64,000 nt of DNA from Parcubacteria group bacterium (GTDB lineage: Bacteria > Patescibacteriota > Patescibacteriia > Buchananbacterales > UBA6539): NCBI GenBank assembly GCA_002687175.1, contig NYZP01000034.1:27951-91950 (forward strand), given 5' to 3'. Under the pieces are notes generated by a model. It worked only from the letters and a program-made list of their open reading frames with translations, searched no databases and was not told the DNA's origin. Shown piece after piece: positions 1-11,155 of this stretch. The translations under genes and the position numbers were made by a program. The first letter of the stretch is position 1. Every line of letters begins with the position of its first letter.

Positions 1-1
1 C

Positions 2-3000
2 TGTGCTCCAATTTATTGTAATAATGATTTTGAATGTCCAAATTTGTCTTGTAATGCCGATAAGGAACAGTTGGTCAGAGACGCCAAGCGGTTTGGTGAT
101 TTACGTGACTTACAGCTTGAGTTAGAAGACTATAAAGATGCTCAAGGTGGTTTTCCAACTTTAGGCGGTGGAACTTATATTCAGGACACCACTTTCTCGG
201 TCTGGCCTTCGTGGCAAAATACTTTAGCTTCGGAACTTGGTATTGGCATTGATATTGATCCACTTAATAAGTTTAAAGGGTGTGGTTTCCATTATTGTGA
301 TCAGAATTTTGATGGAGTTATCACTCCGGGATCAGAAACTAGGTTGTGCGAAATTGGCGACATCACCGCTTGCAGTAGCCAACCAGCCAACTGTTTACCG
401 CTTGATCCTGATCAACAGCAAACGTGTTGGGAAGAAGCCGCTGGCCAGTTTAGCTGTCCAGCAGACATGTTTGTTTATGCTTACCACTCAATTAATGGCG
501 GCGATGCTTATGAGCTGTACACTAATTTAGAATTTGAAGACGGTGAAGATTGGCGCACGGCCATTGACCCACTTTACCGTTTACCACTAACCGGACAAGC
601 GCCTAATGAACCGGAATGTCGGTTACTTGATTTAGAAATTTTTAAAGCCACGGTTTCCGGCAGTACCAAGGCAGCCAGTTGTGAGTTAGCCGGTGGTGAT
701 GCTGACGGTGACGGCATTTGTGATGATATTGATAACTGTAAGCCAACTGTTGATTGTGCCAATCCACTTGATTGTTTTAACCCTGATCAACGCGACAGCG
801 GGGGACTACCAGGGTTAGGTGATGCTTGTGACGTTACTTGTGCTGGTGACGCTGACAACGATGGTGTTTGTGACCAAGAAGATATCTGCCGGACGGTCAG
901 AAACCCAGCTGGAGTTTGTGGTCCTGGTCCTTTAGATGATCTTGGTCAGTGTGATTTTGATGAAGACGGTATTGGTGATGCTTGTGATCCTTGCAGTGAT
1001 ACTGATGGTGACGGTTGGGGGGATGTAAATACCCCGGGCACTGATTTACAAATTTGTCCGGTTGATAACTGTACTGAAGCAGCTGGATTTCTCTCGGCTG
1101 ACCACTTTGGCTACTGTAATGACAATATCACAGCATGTAGTTTAACTGGCACTGATATCTGTGGTGGTTTGGGCCTAGGAGAATGTACTGATTTTGGAAA
1201 TACTTATAATCCTTTGCAAGAAGATTTTGACAACGACCAAGTTGGGTATATTTGTGATGCTTGTTTGGATTTTGATGGTGACAGTTTTGGTGACTACTCA
1301 TTTTATACCGGTAACACAAGCCCTTGGTCAGTGTTTGATTTAACTCCCGATCAATACGAACATTTCCAAGCCTGTGAATCAACAGACCCTAGTTATCAAA
1401 TGCTGGAAAATCAACTGTGGCTATTAGATTTTGATGGTGATGATAACCTTGACAATGATGATATCAGCGGTCCGGAGGGCTACCTTACTTGGTTTAATGC
1501 TGATCCGCGACCATCTTGTCCGGTTGGTGATTGTGATGTTGATTATGATGGTGATATTGACGAAGCTGACAAAACAAAATTCCAAATAATTATAGCTACA
1601 AATTTTGGTGCAGTTGATATTAATAATAATCCAGATCTAGACATTTGTACGGCTGGCCCTAATGGGTATGATTGCTTTGATGAATTTGGTATTGAAGTTA
1701 GTTGTTTTAATCCGGCGGTGCCTATTTGGCAAGATTTGTTTGGTAACGATTATGAAAATAGTCAGGAAGATATTGATTTAGACCTTAAAGGTAATATTTG
1801 TGATGGGGCATCTTGCGGTGATGCGATTAGACAAGGTCCGGTCGAGGGATGTGATTGTGGTGATCCGCTCCATGGAATTTCCAATGACCCTAACAATCCC
1901 GATATTTGTACTGGTTTAAATGGTGCAGAGTGTGAAGTTGGTTATGGTTCAGGGCAAAGCTGTCGTTACTGTGATTTTAGCTGTACTTATACCACGCTGG
2001 TTGGGGCATTTTGCGGTGATGGCACGGTTGATACTGGTGAAGGGGAAGTGTGTGACGAGGGCTCGGCTAATAACACCATCGGCCGATGTGATGCTGACTG
2101 TCAATGGACATTTTGCGGTGACGGTATTGCCCAGTGGCCCAATGGCTCAGGGGTTTTTGAGGTTTGTGACGGTCTTGGCTGTAATGCCACTTGTAGCGAT
2201 ATTCTAACCGGCCCAGCTAATAATGTTTGTGAGTTAAGTGGTGGTTGGATATCGGCTCCTTTGCCAGCCAACGTTACCAGTCGAATTTATACTGCCGGCG
2301 ATTCTTCAGAAAATTTTGACTTTGCCTGCAGTGTCATTGAAAATAACGAAGTTAGTTCAACAATTGATATTGAGAATAATAGTATTCCCAAAATTGGTGT
2401 AGTGTTTGCCGTAGATTTATCTGGAAGCATGGAATATTGTTTAGATGGATCTAATCCTTGTCCCCCAGGAGAACAACGGGTAGATTTTTTGAAAGAAGCT
2501 TTGCCGCCAGTAATTGAAAATATGTACCTTGAACTTGAAGACGTTGAAATTGGTTTAGTTAGATTTAGAAATTTACTAGGCTGGGATTATTTTTCAGATT
2601 GGAAGTGTGATGGTAAGTCACTTTGTGCGGTGGACGACACCCTAATGGATGGTGCCACAGCTTATAGTGGATCGGTGCTAGATTATTTTAACGCCTCAAT
2701 TGCTTCATTTCCGCCAAACGGTGGGACACCAATGACATCAGGTCTTAATATTTCTCGGGATGTTTTGCAAGACTATATTGCCAGTTTTGATTTAGATAAA
2801 AAAATAATAATTTTAATGAGTGATGGATCACCTAATAGAGTACCAAACGCTAAAAATGCGGCCAATACTGCTAAAGCTTTGGGAATAGAAATTTATTCCG
2901 CCAGTTTCGGTGGTGTTGCCTCAACTATGAATTTATTATCTTCAAATTGTTCTGATTCTACTGATCAGGGTTCTTGCGATCCAAGCTCTTGTGGATCAGA

Positions 3001-3430
3001 TTTTTGCCATCAGTCATCTGACAATATATCGTCATTGTATAATGCAATTATATTTGAAATTGAAAATTCATTATTTGATGCATTTAATATTTTTATTGAT
3101 TTAAGCCAAACCAGTAAATCATTGAGCTATAATTTGCAAACCGGTACTGCCACCTACCAAGATGAGATTATAAATTTTGGATCCGATCTTTGTTCAAGTC
3201 CAACACATATTTTTCAACTTACAGACGTTGATGATAATTCAAATATAACGTTTAGCAATACTATGCTCAGGTATTGTCCAGTGGCTGACGCTGATGGCGA
3301 TGGCTTTATTAATGAGTTTTGGAATGGTAATGACTGTGATGATAACGACGCCACGATTAATCCGGGCGCAAGTGAAGAATGTGGCGACAGTATTGATCAA
3401 AATTGTGATGGCGTTGATTTATCATGTTAA
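2..3430 (+). CDS. Giant Cys-rich surface protein, 5'-truncated: pilin/GspG-like segment, TSP3-like Ca-binding repeats, Myxococcus-type Cys-rich repeats, vWA domain
   Basis: Frame is open from nt 2; many DxDxDGxxDxCD repeats; CGDG repeats; MIDAS DLSGS...T...SDG; C-terminal DCDDNDATINPGA.E.CGD.IDQNCDG. Confidence 0.8.
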   Translation, partial: CAPIYCNNDFECPNLSCNADKEQLVRDAKRFGDLRDLQLELEDYKDAQGGFPTLGGGTYIQDTTFSVWPSWQNTLASELGIGIDIDPLNKFKGCGFHYCDQNFDGVITPGSETRLCEIGDITACSSQPANCLPLDPDQQQTCWEEAAGQFSCPADMFVYAYHSINGGDAYELYTNLEFEDGEDWRTAIDPLYRLPLTGQAPNEPECRLLDLEIFKATVSGSTKAASCELAGGDADGDGICDDIDNCKPTVDCANPLDCFNPDQRDSGGLPGLGDACDVTCAGDADNDGVCDQEDICRTVRNPAGVCGPGPLDDLGQCDFDEDGIGDACDPCSDTDGDGWGDVNTPGTDLQICPVDNCTEAAGFLSADHFGYCNDNITACSLTGTDICGGLGLGECTDFGNTYNPLQEDFDNDQVGYICDACLDFDGDSFGDYSFYTGNTSPWSVFDLTPDQYEHFQACESTDPSYQMLENQLWLLDFDGDDNLDNDDISGPEGYLTWFNADPRPSCPVGDCDVDYDGDIDEADKTKFQIIIATNFGAVDINNNPDLDICTAGPNGYDCFDEFGIEVSCFNPAVPIWQDLFGNDYENSQEDIDLDLKGNICDGASCGDAIRQGPVEGCDCGDPLHGISNDPNNPDICTGLNGAECEVGYGSGQSCRYCDFSCTYTTLVGAFCGDGTVDTGEGEVCDEGSANNTIGRCDADCQWTFCGDGIAQWPNGSGVFEVCDGLGCNATCSDILTGPANNVCELSGGWISAPLPANVTSRIYTAGDSSENFDFACSVIENNEVSSTIDIENNSIPKIGVVFAVDLSGSMEYCLDGSNPCPPGEQRVDFLKEALPPVIENMYLELEDVEIGLVRFRNLLGWDYFSDWKCDGKSLCAVDDTLMDGATAYSGSVLDYFNASIASFPPNGGTPMTSGLNISRDVLQDYIASFDLDKKIIILMSDGSPNRVPNAKNAANTAKALGIEIYSASFGGVASTMNLLSSNCSDSTDQGSCDPSSCGSDFCHQSSDNISSLYNAIIFEIENSLFDAFNIFIDLSQTSKSLSYNLQTGTATYQDEIINFGSDLCSSPTHIFQLTDVDDNSNITFSNTMLRYCPVADADGDGFINEFWNGNDCDDNDATINPGASEECGDSIDQNCDGVDLSC

Positions 3431-3440
3431 ATTATTTTTC

Positions 3441-6400
3441 ATGAAATTTAGAAACAAAATTATTTTTCTACTAATTCCCTTGTTGCTGTTTTTAGGGTTA
3501 CTTGGTTTTGGCTTAACAGTTTTTGCCTTAGACTCTTGTCTGCCGACACAAGAGGGAACTACTCGTGATTGTGCTTTGCAAGAAGGTGTTTGTCAGGGTT
3601 CAGTTGAGTGGTGCTTGGGCGGTTTTTGGCAAGGCTGTGGCGCGCCAAATTATGGTGTTAACTATGAACTGTTTGAACTGAGTTGTGATGATACCTTGGA
3701 TAACGACTGTGATGGGTTAACAGACACCGAAAGTGGTATTGAAGATTCTGACTGTTGGTGTACTGTTGATTTTACACTGGCGGAAACCGAGTGTAATGAT
3801 GGTATTGATAATGATGGTGATACATTTTGTGATTTTGCAGGTTGTTGTGATGATGGCTCTGGTGAGCCACAGGCAAGTTGTAGTGGTACTTGGCTAGAAC
3901 CGGATCTTGGTTGTAACTCTGGCCAAGACAACAGCGAACTTAGTGCTAATACTATCTGTGGTAATCTTGTCTGTGAATTTGGGGAATCGTGCGCCGCTGA
4001 CTGTTCAACCGAAGCTTTTTGTAATGACGGGGTAGATAACGAAGAAAATGGCGAGGCTGATTGTGGCGACTCGGCATGCCTGGGTCAAGCTGACGGCACG
4101 GGCAGAATTTGTTGTTCTGGTGATGCCCAATGTGGCGGCTGTCAATACTGTCAACAAGGTCTACTAACAGAAGAGGCTGAATATGGTAATGGATCTACAA
4201 ATTTTATTAATCGTTGTGAGGTTCAAATAAATGGACCAAGTGGACGTTTATGTAATAATGACTGTTCTTTTTGTGATAATGGTTTTTGCACCAACAGAGA
4301 TGAAGGCGATACTACGGAATGTACCAGTGGATTTGTCTGCGATGAGCCTCCATCAGTAACTGATCCACCAACGGCGTCTTGCATATTAGCGATAACACCA
4401 TTTATTGCAACAACTTTTACTTCTCTTGGTATTGAGGCGGTAAATGGTGGAGCCCCTCCCAACCCAAACACTCTTATTATTTCAAATAGCGGAACCGGAA
4501 TTTTAGACTGGACTGCAACCGTAGATGTTCCCTGGCTTTCTTTAAATATTGCCAACGGTGGCAATGGACCAACAGAAGTTATTGTCTCTTACGATATTAA
4601 TGGCATGTCGGTTGGGTCTAATGTTGGCACAATTACTATTACCGACGATACCGCTACAAACGTTCCATTTTATATAACCATTACTTTAACCATTCAAGCA
4701 CCAACTATAGAGTTATCACCAACATTTTTTGAGGTTGAGGCAATGGAAGGTGATACACCAGCCAGCCAAACCTTGACCATTCAAAATAGTGGTGACGCTG
4801 TTTTAAATTGGCTGGCCGAAAATTTACCGGGCTGGCTTACCATTTTGCCATCTGGAGGAACTGTTACTGATGGTAGTTCAGAAAATGTTACTTTATCTTT
4901 TTCAGATTCTTTAATTCCTGATATTTATACTGATACGTTTGATATTTCAGATCCCAATGCCAGTAATGATCCTCAAACTGCAGATGTTGTATTAACCATT
5001 AATTCAGCACCATTACCAGTAATTTCTCTGTCTCAGACAACTTTTAGTAATTCAGCAGTTGAGGGTAGTAGTAATCCTGCTGATGAAATTTTAACTATCA
5101 CTAATAGTGGTGACAGTGGCTCAATCCTTACTTGGAGTTTTAGTGATAGTCCACCAGCTTGGTTAAGTTTTATTGGAGCTACCAGTGGCACATTAGCCCA
5201 AGGTGAGTCGGACAATGTTACCTTAAGATATGATATTTCAACTTTAAATCCAAGTATTAATAATTTTACTTTTGACGTAGAAGATCCAACGGCGCCAATC
5301 AGTCCTCAGACTGTTTCAGTTGATTTAGAAATTACCGCCGTGCCCGTGGCAACTATTTCACTGACTCCAGGTAGTTTTATAGCTAGTGCTGATGAAGGTT
5401 CCTCGCCGGCTAATCAAATTTTAAATATTGAAAATTCTGGTGGCGTTGGTTCCACGCTTACCTGGTCAGTGAGCAATGATCAGAGCTGGTTAAGTTTGTC
5501 ACCAGCTAGCGGCACAATTACTGCACCCGGTTCTACCAATGTTACTTTAAATTATACAACCGAGGGACTGGTTGATGGACCTCACTCAGACACAATTACC
5601 GTTGACGCCCCCGGTGCTACTAACGATCCGCAAACCGCCAGCGTGGATCTCACAATTATAAATGTTCCAGTCACTTTTCTTTTAACAGTTACTACTGATG
5701 GTGGGGGAACCGGCTCAGTTGTAACTGTTCCCTCAGGAGACATTAACTGTCCAGGAGACTGTAATCAAACTTATAACGAAGGTACTTTAGTTGAGTTAGC
5801 CGCTTCACCTGATGGTGGTTCTACTTTTAGGGAGTGGTCTGCTAACTGTGTAGTTAATGGAAATGGCAACTGTGAAGTTACAATGGATGCTGCTAGAGCA
5901 GTAACTGCCACTTTTGATCCTATTACAGAGTGTAATAATGGTAGTGATGATGATCTAGATGGCGACATAGATCTGCTAGACGGTGGTTGTGATGGTCCAT
6001 TAGACAACGATGAAACAAACTGTGGTGATGCCGTTTGTGAGGGTGGGGAATCTTGTTTAGCCGCTAGTTGTGCGGTCGATTGTGTTGAAGACATCCCTGG
6101 TGGTTGTACTACACTTGCCGGTGATGGGCCTGGTTTTTGTGGCAATGAATTTTGTGATCCAGGTGCTGGTGGTACCAGTGATAATGGTTGGATTTGTCAA
6201 CTTCGTGATTTTGATTGTGCTGGAACTTGTGGCCAGTGCACCGGTAGTGGTAGTTGTGAAATTAATCATAATTCTTGTACCGGCCAATGTTCTCAATGTG
6301 TATTTAATTCTGGTCCGGTATCTTATGATTGTGAGGGTGTATTTGACGAGCAAGATACCTATGGTGACCCGGGCAATAACGTTTTATGTAGTGCTGATGA

Positions 6401-7325
6401 AATTTATGTTGGTGGTGATTGTGCTGGTGTACCATGCACCTGTAATAGTATTGGTGTTTGTGTGTCCACTGCTGATACTGATTTAGATGGTCTGGGTGAT
6501 CCTTTTGATGTTTGTCCGTACGACCCAGACAACGATTTTGACGGTGATGGTATTTGTGCGGTTGGTTGTAATACTGGTTCATCACAGTTTGGCTCCAAGA
6601 CTAATGGGTTTATTTGTGATGCTGGCCCAGGCACCGTTGTTTATGACCAATGTCAGGGTGTTGGTAGTTGCGACAATTCTAACAGTTGTTGGGCGGCTTT
6701 TGGGGCCTCTGATTACCTTAATGTTTATTTAAATGGCACACTGGTGGTTGGAAATTTATATTTACCTGAGGTTGGTGGTTATAAAACTGCCGGTGAAATT
6801 ATTGGTAATGGCGGAAATCCTTATCCTGCCCTACCAGTGAAAGTGTACTTTAAGCCAGCTGATTATAATGTAACCAGTGGTGGTTCTGATGATGTTGTCA
6901 CTTTTGAAGGTTTAACTAATACTTGGTGGGACAGAAATATTAGCGGTGTTTTTATGAGTGTTGATGAAAGTGGTTTGTGCGATCATATCGATTTACCACA
7001 GAAGGCAACAGATTTAACCACAACGCCAACTTTGCCAGTAACTTGCTATACTCAAGATGATGCCAGCGATGGTGGTTTCTTAGGACCACCACCAAGTGAT
7101 TGGCAGGAGGCCTCTTTTGATGATACTGACATCGCACTTTGGCAAATTCCACAACCTGGTAATAACGCTTCAGTACCACTGTTATCAATCTCCTCCTCAC
7201 TCTGGGATGAAACTTATTCAATCTGGGGTCGGGAGTATAGTGACTTTCCAGCTACTTGTGGAGATTCGCCAAAATATTGTGAATTTAGCTTCAGTCATAC
7301 TTATTGTCGATCGGAAGTATTTTAA
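3441..7325 (+). CDS. Large secreted Cys-rich protein with about four BACON/Ig-like repeats
   Basis: ATG 3441 follows the upstream stop and gives a signal peptide (MKFRNKIIFLLIPLLLFLG...); repeated TIxNSG..L.W.....WLSL modules; CNDGIDNDGD motifs. Confidence 0.8.
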   Translation: MKFRNKIIFLLIPLLLFLGLLGFGLTVFALDSCLPTQEGTTRDCALQEGVCQGSVEWCLGGFWQGCGAPNYGVNYELFELSCDDTLDNDCDGLTDTESGIEDSDCWCTVDFTLAETECNDGIDNDGDTFCDFAGCCDDGSGEPQASCSGTWLEPDLGCNSGQDNSELSANTICGNLVCEFGESCAADCSTEAFCNDGVDNEENGEADCGDSACLGQADGTGRICCSGDAQCGGCQYCQQGLLTEEAEYGNGSTNFINRCEVQINGPSGRLCNNDCSFCDNGFCTNRDEGDTTECTSGFVCDEPPSVTDPPTASCILAITPFIATTFTSLGIEAVNGGAPPNPNTLIISNSGTGILDWTATVDVPWLSLNIANGGNGPTEVIVSYDINGMSVGSNVGTITITDDTATNVPFYITITLTIQAPTIELSPTFFEVEAMEGDTPASQTLTIQNSGDAVLNWLAENLPGWLTILPSGGTVTDGSSENVTLSFSDSLIPDIYTDTFDISDPNASNDPQTADVVLTINSAPLPVISLSQTTFSNSAVEGSSNPADEILTITNSGDSGSILTWSFSDSPPAWLSFIGATSGTLAQGESDNVTLRYDISTLNPSINNFTFDVEDPTAPISPQTVSVDLEITAVPVATISLTPGSFIASADEGSSPANQILNIENSGGVGSTLTWSVSNDQSWLSLSPASGTITAPGSTNVTLNYTTEGLVDGPHSDTITVDAPGATNDPQTASVDLTIINVPVTFLLTVTTDGGGTGSVVTVPSGDINCPGDCNQTYNEGTLVELAASPDGGSTFREWSANCVVNGNGNCEVTMDAARAVTATFDPITECNNGSDDDLDGDIDLLDGGCDGPLDNDETNCGDAVCEGGESCLAASCAVDCVEDIPGGCTTLAGDGPGFCGNEFCDPGAGGTSDNGWICQLRDFDCAGTCGQCTGSGSCEINHNSCTGQCSQCVFNSGPVSYDCEGVFDEQDTYGDPGNNVLCSADEIYVGGDCAGVPCTCNSIGVCVSTADTDLDGLGDPFDVCPYDPDNDFDGDGICAVGCNTGSSQFGSKTNGFICDAGPGTVVYDQCQGVGSCDNSNSCWAAFGASDYLNVYLNGTLVVGNLYLPEVGGYKTAGEIIGNGGNPYPALPVKVYFKPADYNVTSGGSDDVVTFEGLTNTWWDRNISGVFMSVDESGLCDHIDLPQKATDLTTTPTLPVTCYTQDDASDGGFLGPPPSDWQEASFDDTDIALWQIPQPGNNASVPLLSISSSLWDETYSIWGREYSDFPATCGDSPKYCEFSFSHTYCRSEVF

Positions 7326-7361
7326 TTAATAATAATTTTATTAAAAATTAACCATAAATTT

Positions 7362-8195
7362 ATGTTTGACGAAAAACCAATTCAACAAAATTCCGCTATT
7401 TCTCAACCTAGTGACAAGCCGGCCAATCCGCCACAAGATTTACCAATTGGCACACCAATTCCCGCGCCGGGAGCTCCTGACACCAGTGCTGGTCAACCGC
7501 CAAGTCAACCATCACCAGATAAACTGCCCGAAATACCGAAAGACCCGATACCCAGCCCTGATGCCGAGCCTCAAGATATTTTAGAGGGATTAGACAAGGG
7601 TGAAGATAAAGACGACCCAGTCAGAGGTCCGGCCGCTCCAATTGCTCCGCCGCCACCGATTATCGGTGACAAGTCACCAGTTCCCCCAGCGATGACACCA
7701 CCAGAAAAGCCAATCACTAAAGAGCCATTTTTTAAGGCGCACAAAAAGGCTTTCGTCGTTATTATTGTCTTACTGTTAGGCGGTGGTGCCTTAGCCTTTG
7801 GTGGTTACTATGGTTATTCTCTATTAGTAAATCCTGAGCCTACTGTTACGCCACCAGTTAATACCTCACAGACAAATCAAGGAACAACGAACACCAATCA
7901 GACAACTAACACCAATCAAGCTGTTAATCAAAATGCCAATGTTAATCAAGCACCGCCGCAACCAGTTGATACCGACCGTGATGGCCTGACCGACGAAGAC
8001 GAAGCCAAGTATGGTACCAGTCCAACGGAAGTTGATTCCGATCAAGATGGGTTAACCGATCGCGACGAAGTTAAGGTGTTTGATACTGATCCGAACAATG
8101 CCGACACTGATGGCGATACTTACCTTGATGGTGCCGAAGTTAGAGCTGGCTATGATCCAAAAGGTGATGGTCGTTTATTAGAGATTGAACCGTAA
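7362..8195 (+). CDS. Single-TM protein: Pro-rich N-terminus, Asn/Thr linker, bacterial TSP3-like Ca-binding repeats
   Basis: Hydrophobic segment; DTDRDGLTDEDE..YGT.P...DSD.DGL repeats. Confidence 0.75.
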   Translation: MFDEKPIQQNSAISQPSDKPANPPQDLPIGTPIPAPGAPDTSAGQPPSQPSPDKLPEIPKDPIPSPDAEPQDILEGLDKGEDKDDPVRGPAAPIAPPPPIIGDKSPVPPAMTPPEKPITKEPFFKAHKKAFVVIIVLLLGGGALAFGGYYGYSLLVNPEPTVTPPVNTSQTNQGTTNTNQTTNTNQAVNQNANVNQAPPQPVDTDRDGLTDEDEAKYGTSPTEVDSDQDGLTDRDEVKVFDTDPNNADTDGDTYLDGAEVRAGYDPKGDGRLLEIEP

Positions 8196-8235
8196 AAAAA
8201 GTTAAACTGAACGGAAACAGAGATAAATATTCTTT

Positions 8236-9345
8236 ATGTTTAAATTAAAACCAAAAAAAACTGCAGAAAATTCGGAATTTCAGGCTTTAGCTGGTCAGAC
8301 CGAAAATTCTTCAAAAACCAAACGTCACAAAAAAGATCAAGAGCCTAAACCGCTTGATCCAAAAGTAAAGGAGCAAATTCATGTTATGCCCCAGCGGTTT
8401 TACGTTAAACCAAAAAAGAAACGCACTGGTTTAATTATTATTATTGTGGTGGGAGTTTTGTTGATTGGTGGTTTAGGCGGACTGGCTGTCTATTTAGCTC
8501 TTAATTTAGATAACACAAATCCTGCTCCACCAGTTAATACTAACCAAACCGAAACAACAAATACTAATCAAACTGAATCGGTTAACCAAAACAGTAGTAT
8601 TAACCAGAATGCCAATATCAATAACAATGCTAATGTTAACTTAAATACTAACGTTAATTCTAATACCAACGCTAACGTAAATGTTAACACCAACGTAAAT
8701 CAAAATAGTAATACTAACAGTAATCAAAGTGTTAACACCAACACTAATGAAACACCCGAGCCAGAAATTATCAGTTTAACACCTCTACCCCAAGCACCAG
8801 ACAGTGACAATGATGGCTTAACTTTAGCCGAAGAAAGTTTGTACGGTACTAATCCGGAGCTAGGGGATAGTGATGGTGACGGTTTTCTTGATGGTACAGA
8901 ATTACTTAATGGTTATGATCCAATTAGACCGGGAGTAACTTTAGTTGAAGGTGGTATTTTTACTGATTATCTGCATCAATCATATTCAATAATATTTCCC
9001 AAAAATTGGAGCTTGCAGGAACAGGGAGCGACCAAAGACCAAGTATTGTTCATATCAACTACCGGAGAGTTCATTGAAGTGTTGGTCATACCAAATGCCA
9101 ATAATCTATCTTTGACCAATTGGTATCAACAACAGTTTCCGGACATTAGCGTAAGTCAAACTACAGCAGTTACCATTAATAATTTTTTGGGGTTACGTCA
9201 TCCTGACCAGCGCAGTTATTATCTAGTGGCTAATCAAGATGATGACAATATATTTTTGCTAACTTATAATGTTGGAGAATTTACTAAAACGAATTTTACC
9301 ACCACCTTTCAGACTATGGTAAAGCAGTTCAAATATTTACCCTAA
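8236..9345 (+). CDS. Single-TM protein: Asn-rich linker, TSP3-like repeats, C-terminal domain
   Basis: TM segment; long N/V/T tract; DSDNDGLT..EE..YGTNP...DSDGDG. Confidence 0.75.
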   Translation: MFKLKPKKTAENSEFQALAGQTENSSKTKRHKKDQEPKPLDPKVKEQIHVMPQRFYVKPKKKRTGLIIIIVVGVLLIGGLGGLAVYLALNLDNTNPAPPVNTNQTETTNTNQTESVNQNSSINQNANINNNANVNLNTNVNSNTNANVNVNTNVNQNSNTNSNQSVNTNTNETPEPEIISLTPLPQAPDSDNDGLTLAEESLYGTNPELGDSDGDGFLDGTELLNGYDPIRPGVTLVEGGIFTDYLHQSYSIIFPKNWSLQEQGATKDQVLFISTTGEFIEVLVIPNANNLSLTNWYQQQFPDISVSQTTAVTINNFLGLRHPDQRSYYLVANQDDDNIFLLTYNVGEFTKTNFTTTFQTMVKQFKYLP

Positions 9346-9358
9346 AAATTATAAGAAT

Positions 9359-9805
9359 ATGATTAAGTTTGAGGTTAATCAGCAGGCTGGAAAAAAAATT
9401 TCTTTGAAACTCTGGCAAAAATGGATCAGTAAAATTACTAAAACTTTAAAATTAAAGAATGATTTAGAAATTTCTATTGCGGTTGTCGGAGACCAGAGAA
9501 TTAAAAAATTAAACGCCACTTACCGGCAGAAAAATAAAGTAACCGATGTTTTGAGTTTTGGTGCTTTAACTAAAACCAGTAAATTTAATAAAGTTAATCA
9601 GCAATATTTAGGAGAAATTGTTATTGGCTATCAGCAGGCCGTAAGGCAATCTAATAAAATTGGTCATTCAGTTAATCAAGAATTTGAAAAATTATTAGTT
9701 CACGGGTTCTTGCATTTATTAGGCTATGATCACGAAAAAGATAATGAGGCTAAGACAATGGAAAAACTTGAACAAAAAATCATCAGTAAAAATATTAATA
9801 AGTAG
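9359..9805 (+). CDS. ybeY: rRNA maturation RNase YbeY
   Basis: TDVLSF and HGFLHLLGYDH motifs. Confidence 0.95.
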   Translation: MIKFEVNQQAGKKISLKLWQKWISKITKTLKLKNDLEISIAVVGDQRIKKLNATYRQKNKVTDVLSFGALTKTSKFNKVNQQYLGEIVIGYQQAVRQSNKIGHSVNQEFEKLLVHGFLHLLGYDHEKDNEAKTMEKLEQKIISKNINK

Positions 9806-9895
9806 TAAAGTTGTATAAATTATTGGTTAATCTAAGTTGTCTACTGAAATTTAATATGTTAAAGTATTTAATATCATAGTTAATAGGTTATCACT

Positions 9896-11152
9896 ATGGC
9901 AGAAAAAGAAATTATCGTCGGCCTTGATATCGGCTCAACCGCCATTAGATTGGCCGTGGGTCAAAATGTCGGTGACGATGAAGATAAAATTCATATCATT
10001 GGTTCAGCCGAAGTTCCGGCTGAAGGCATTAGCAAAGGTATCATCAGTAGTATTGAGGATGCTGTTTCTTCAATTTCTGCTTGTTTGGAAAAAGCTGAAC
10101 GGATGGTTGGTGTACCATTACAAACTGCCTGGGTAGGAATTTCCGGTAGTCATATAATTTCTCAAGAAAGTCAGGGAGTGGTCGCGGTAGCCAGAAGTAA
10201 TGGCGAAATTTCGGAAGATGATATTGAACGTTCAATCGATGCCGCCCGTATTGTGGCGACACCACCAGATTATGAAATTTTACACGTCATCCCAAAAAGT
10301 TTTACCGTTGATGGTCAGATAGGCATCAAAGATCCTTTGGGGATGACCGGCGTACGCCTGGAAGTTGATACTCAAATTATTCAAGGTTTAAGTTCACAGA
10401 TTAAAAATTTAACTAAGGCTGTTTATCGACCGGGAATTAATATTGAAGATTTAGTGCTGTCAATTTTGGCAACATCCGAAGCGGTGTTAAGTAGTCGACA
10501 AAAAGAATTAGGAGTTGTCGTTATTGATGTTGGTGGTGCGACGACCAGCATGGCAGTATTTGAAGAAGGAGATATTTTACACACCGCCGTGTTGCCGGTA
10601 GGTTCTGATCATATTACTTCGGACATCGCCATTGGTTTACGTATTGCCATTGATACTGCTGAAAAGATTAAGTTGGAATACGGTTCAGCCACCACTGACA
10701 AAATTTCCAAAAAAGACGAGATTGATATTGGTGAATTGGAGGGTCGAGAAAGCAATTTTGTGTCGAAAAAGTATGTCGTCGAGATAACCGAGGCTAGGGT
10801 GGAGGAAATCCTTGATAAGGTTGACGCCGAGTTGAAGAAGATTGATAAAAGTGGTAAACTTCCAGCAGGCGTTATTTTAACTGGCGGTGGAGCAAAATTA
10901 AACGGTTTAGTCGATGCAACTAAGAAAAATTTGCGTTTGCCGGCTAATTTAGGCAAGACTTTTAACATCACCAGCGCTATTGATAAGATCAATGATCCAG
11001 CTTTTTCTACTGCTATTGGCTTAGTTATCTGGGGATCCCAGTTAGTGGGTCAAAAAAGAGGTGGTGGTCTTGGTAAGTTGTTAAATAATCTACCAAACCT
11101 TAAAGGCTTAACAAACCAAGGTAAAAAATGGTTTAAAAAGATAATTCCTTAA
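9896..11152 (+). CDS. ftsA: Cell division protein FtsA
   Basis: GLDIGS, DVGGATT and LTGGGAKL motifs; adjacent to ftsZ. Confidence 0.97.
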   Translation: MAEKEIIVGLDIGSTAIRLAVGQNVGDDEDKIHIIGSAEVPAEGISKGIISSIEDAVSSISACLEKAERMVGVPLQTAWVGISGSHIISQESQGVVAVARSNGEISEDDIERSIDAARIVATPPDYEILHVIPKSFTVDGQIGIKDPLGMTGVRLEVDTQIIQGLSSQIKNLTKAVYRPGINIEDLVLSILATSEAVLSSRQKELGVVVIDVGGATTSMAVFEEGDILHTAVLPVGSDHITSDIAIGLRIAIDTAEKIKLEYGSATTDKISKKDEIDIGELEGRESNFVSKKYVVEITEARVEEILDKVDAELKKIDKSGKLPAGVILTGGGAKLNGLVDATKKNLRLPANLGKTFNITSAIDKINDPAFSTAIGLVIWGSQLVGQKRGGGLGKLLNNLPNLKGLTNQGKKWFKKIIP

Positions 11153-11155
11153 TTT

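Noticed and set aside
3294-3440. N-terminal extension of the 1343-aa ORF
   Set aside because: It overlaps the upstream gene; ATG 3441 gives a clean signal peptide
75-7329. Many short antisense or alternate-frame ORFs, here and over other long genes
   Set aside because: They are shadows of long, motif-bearing CDSs and show no independent signals
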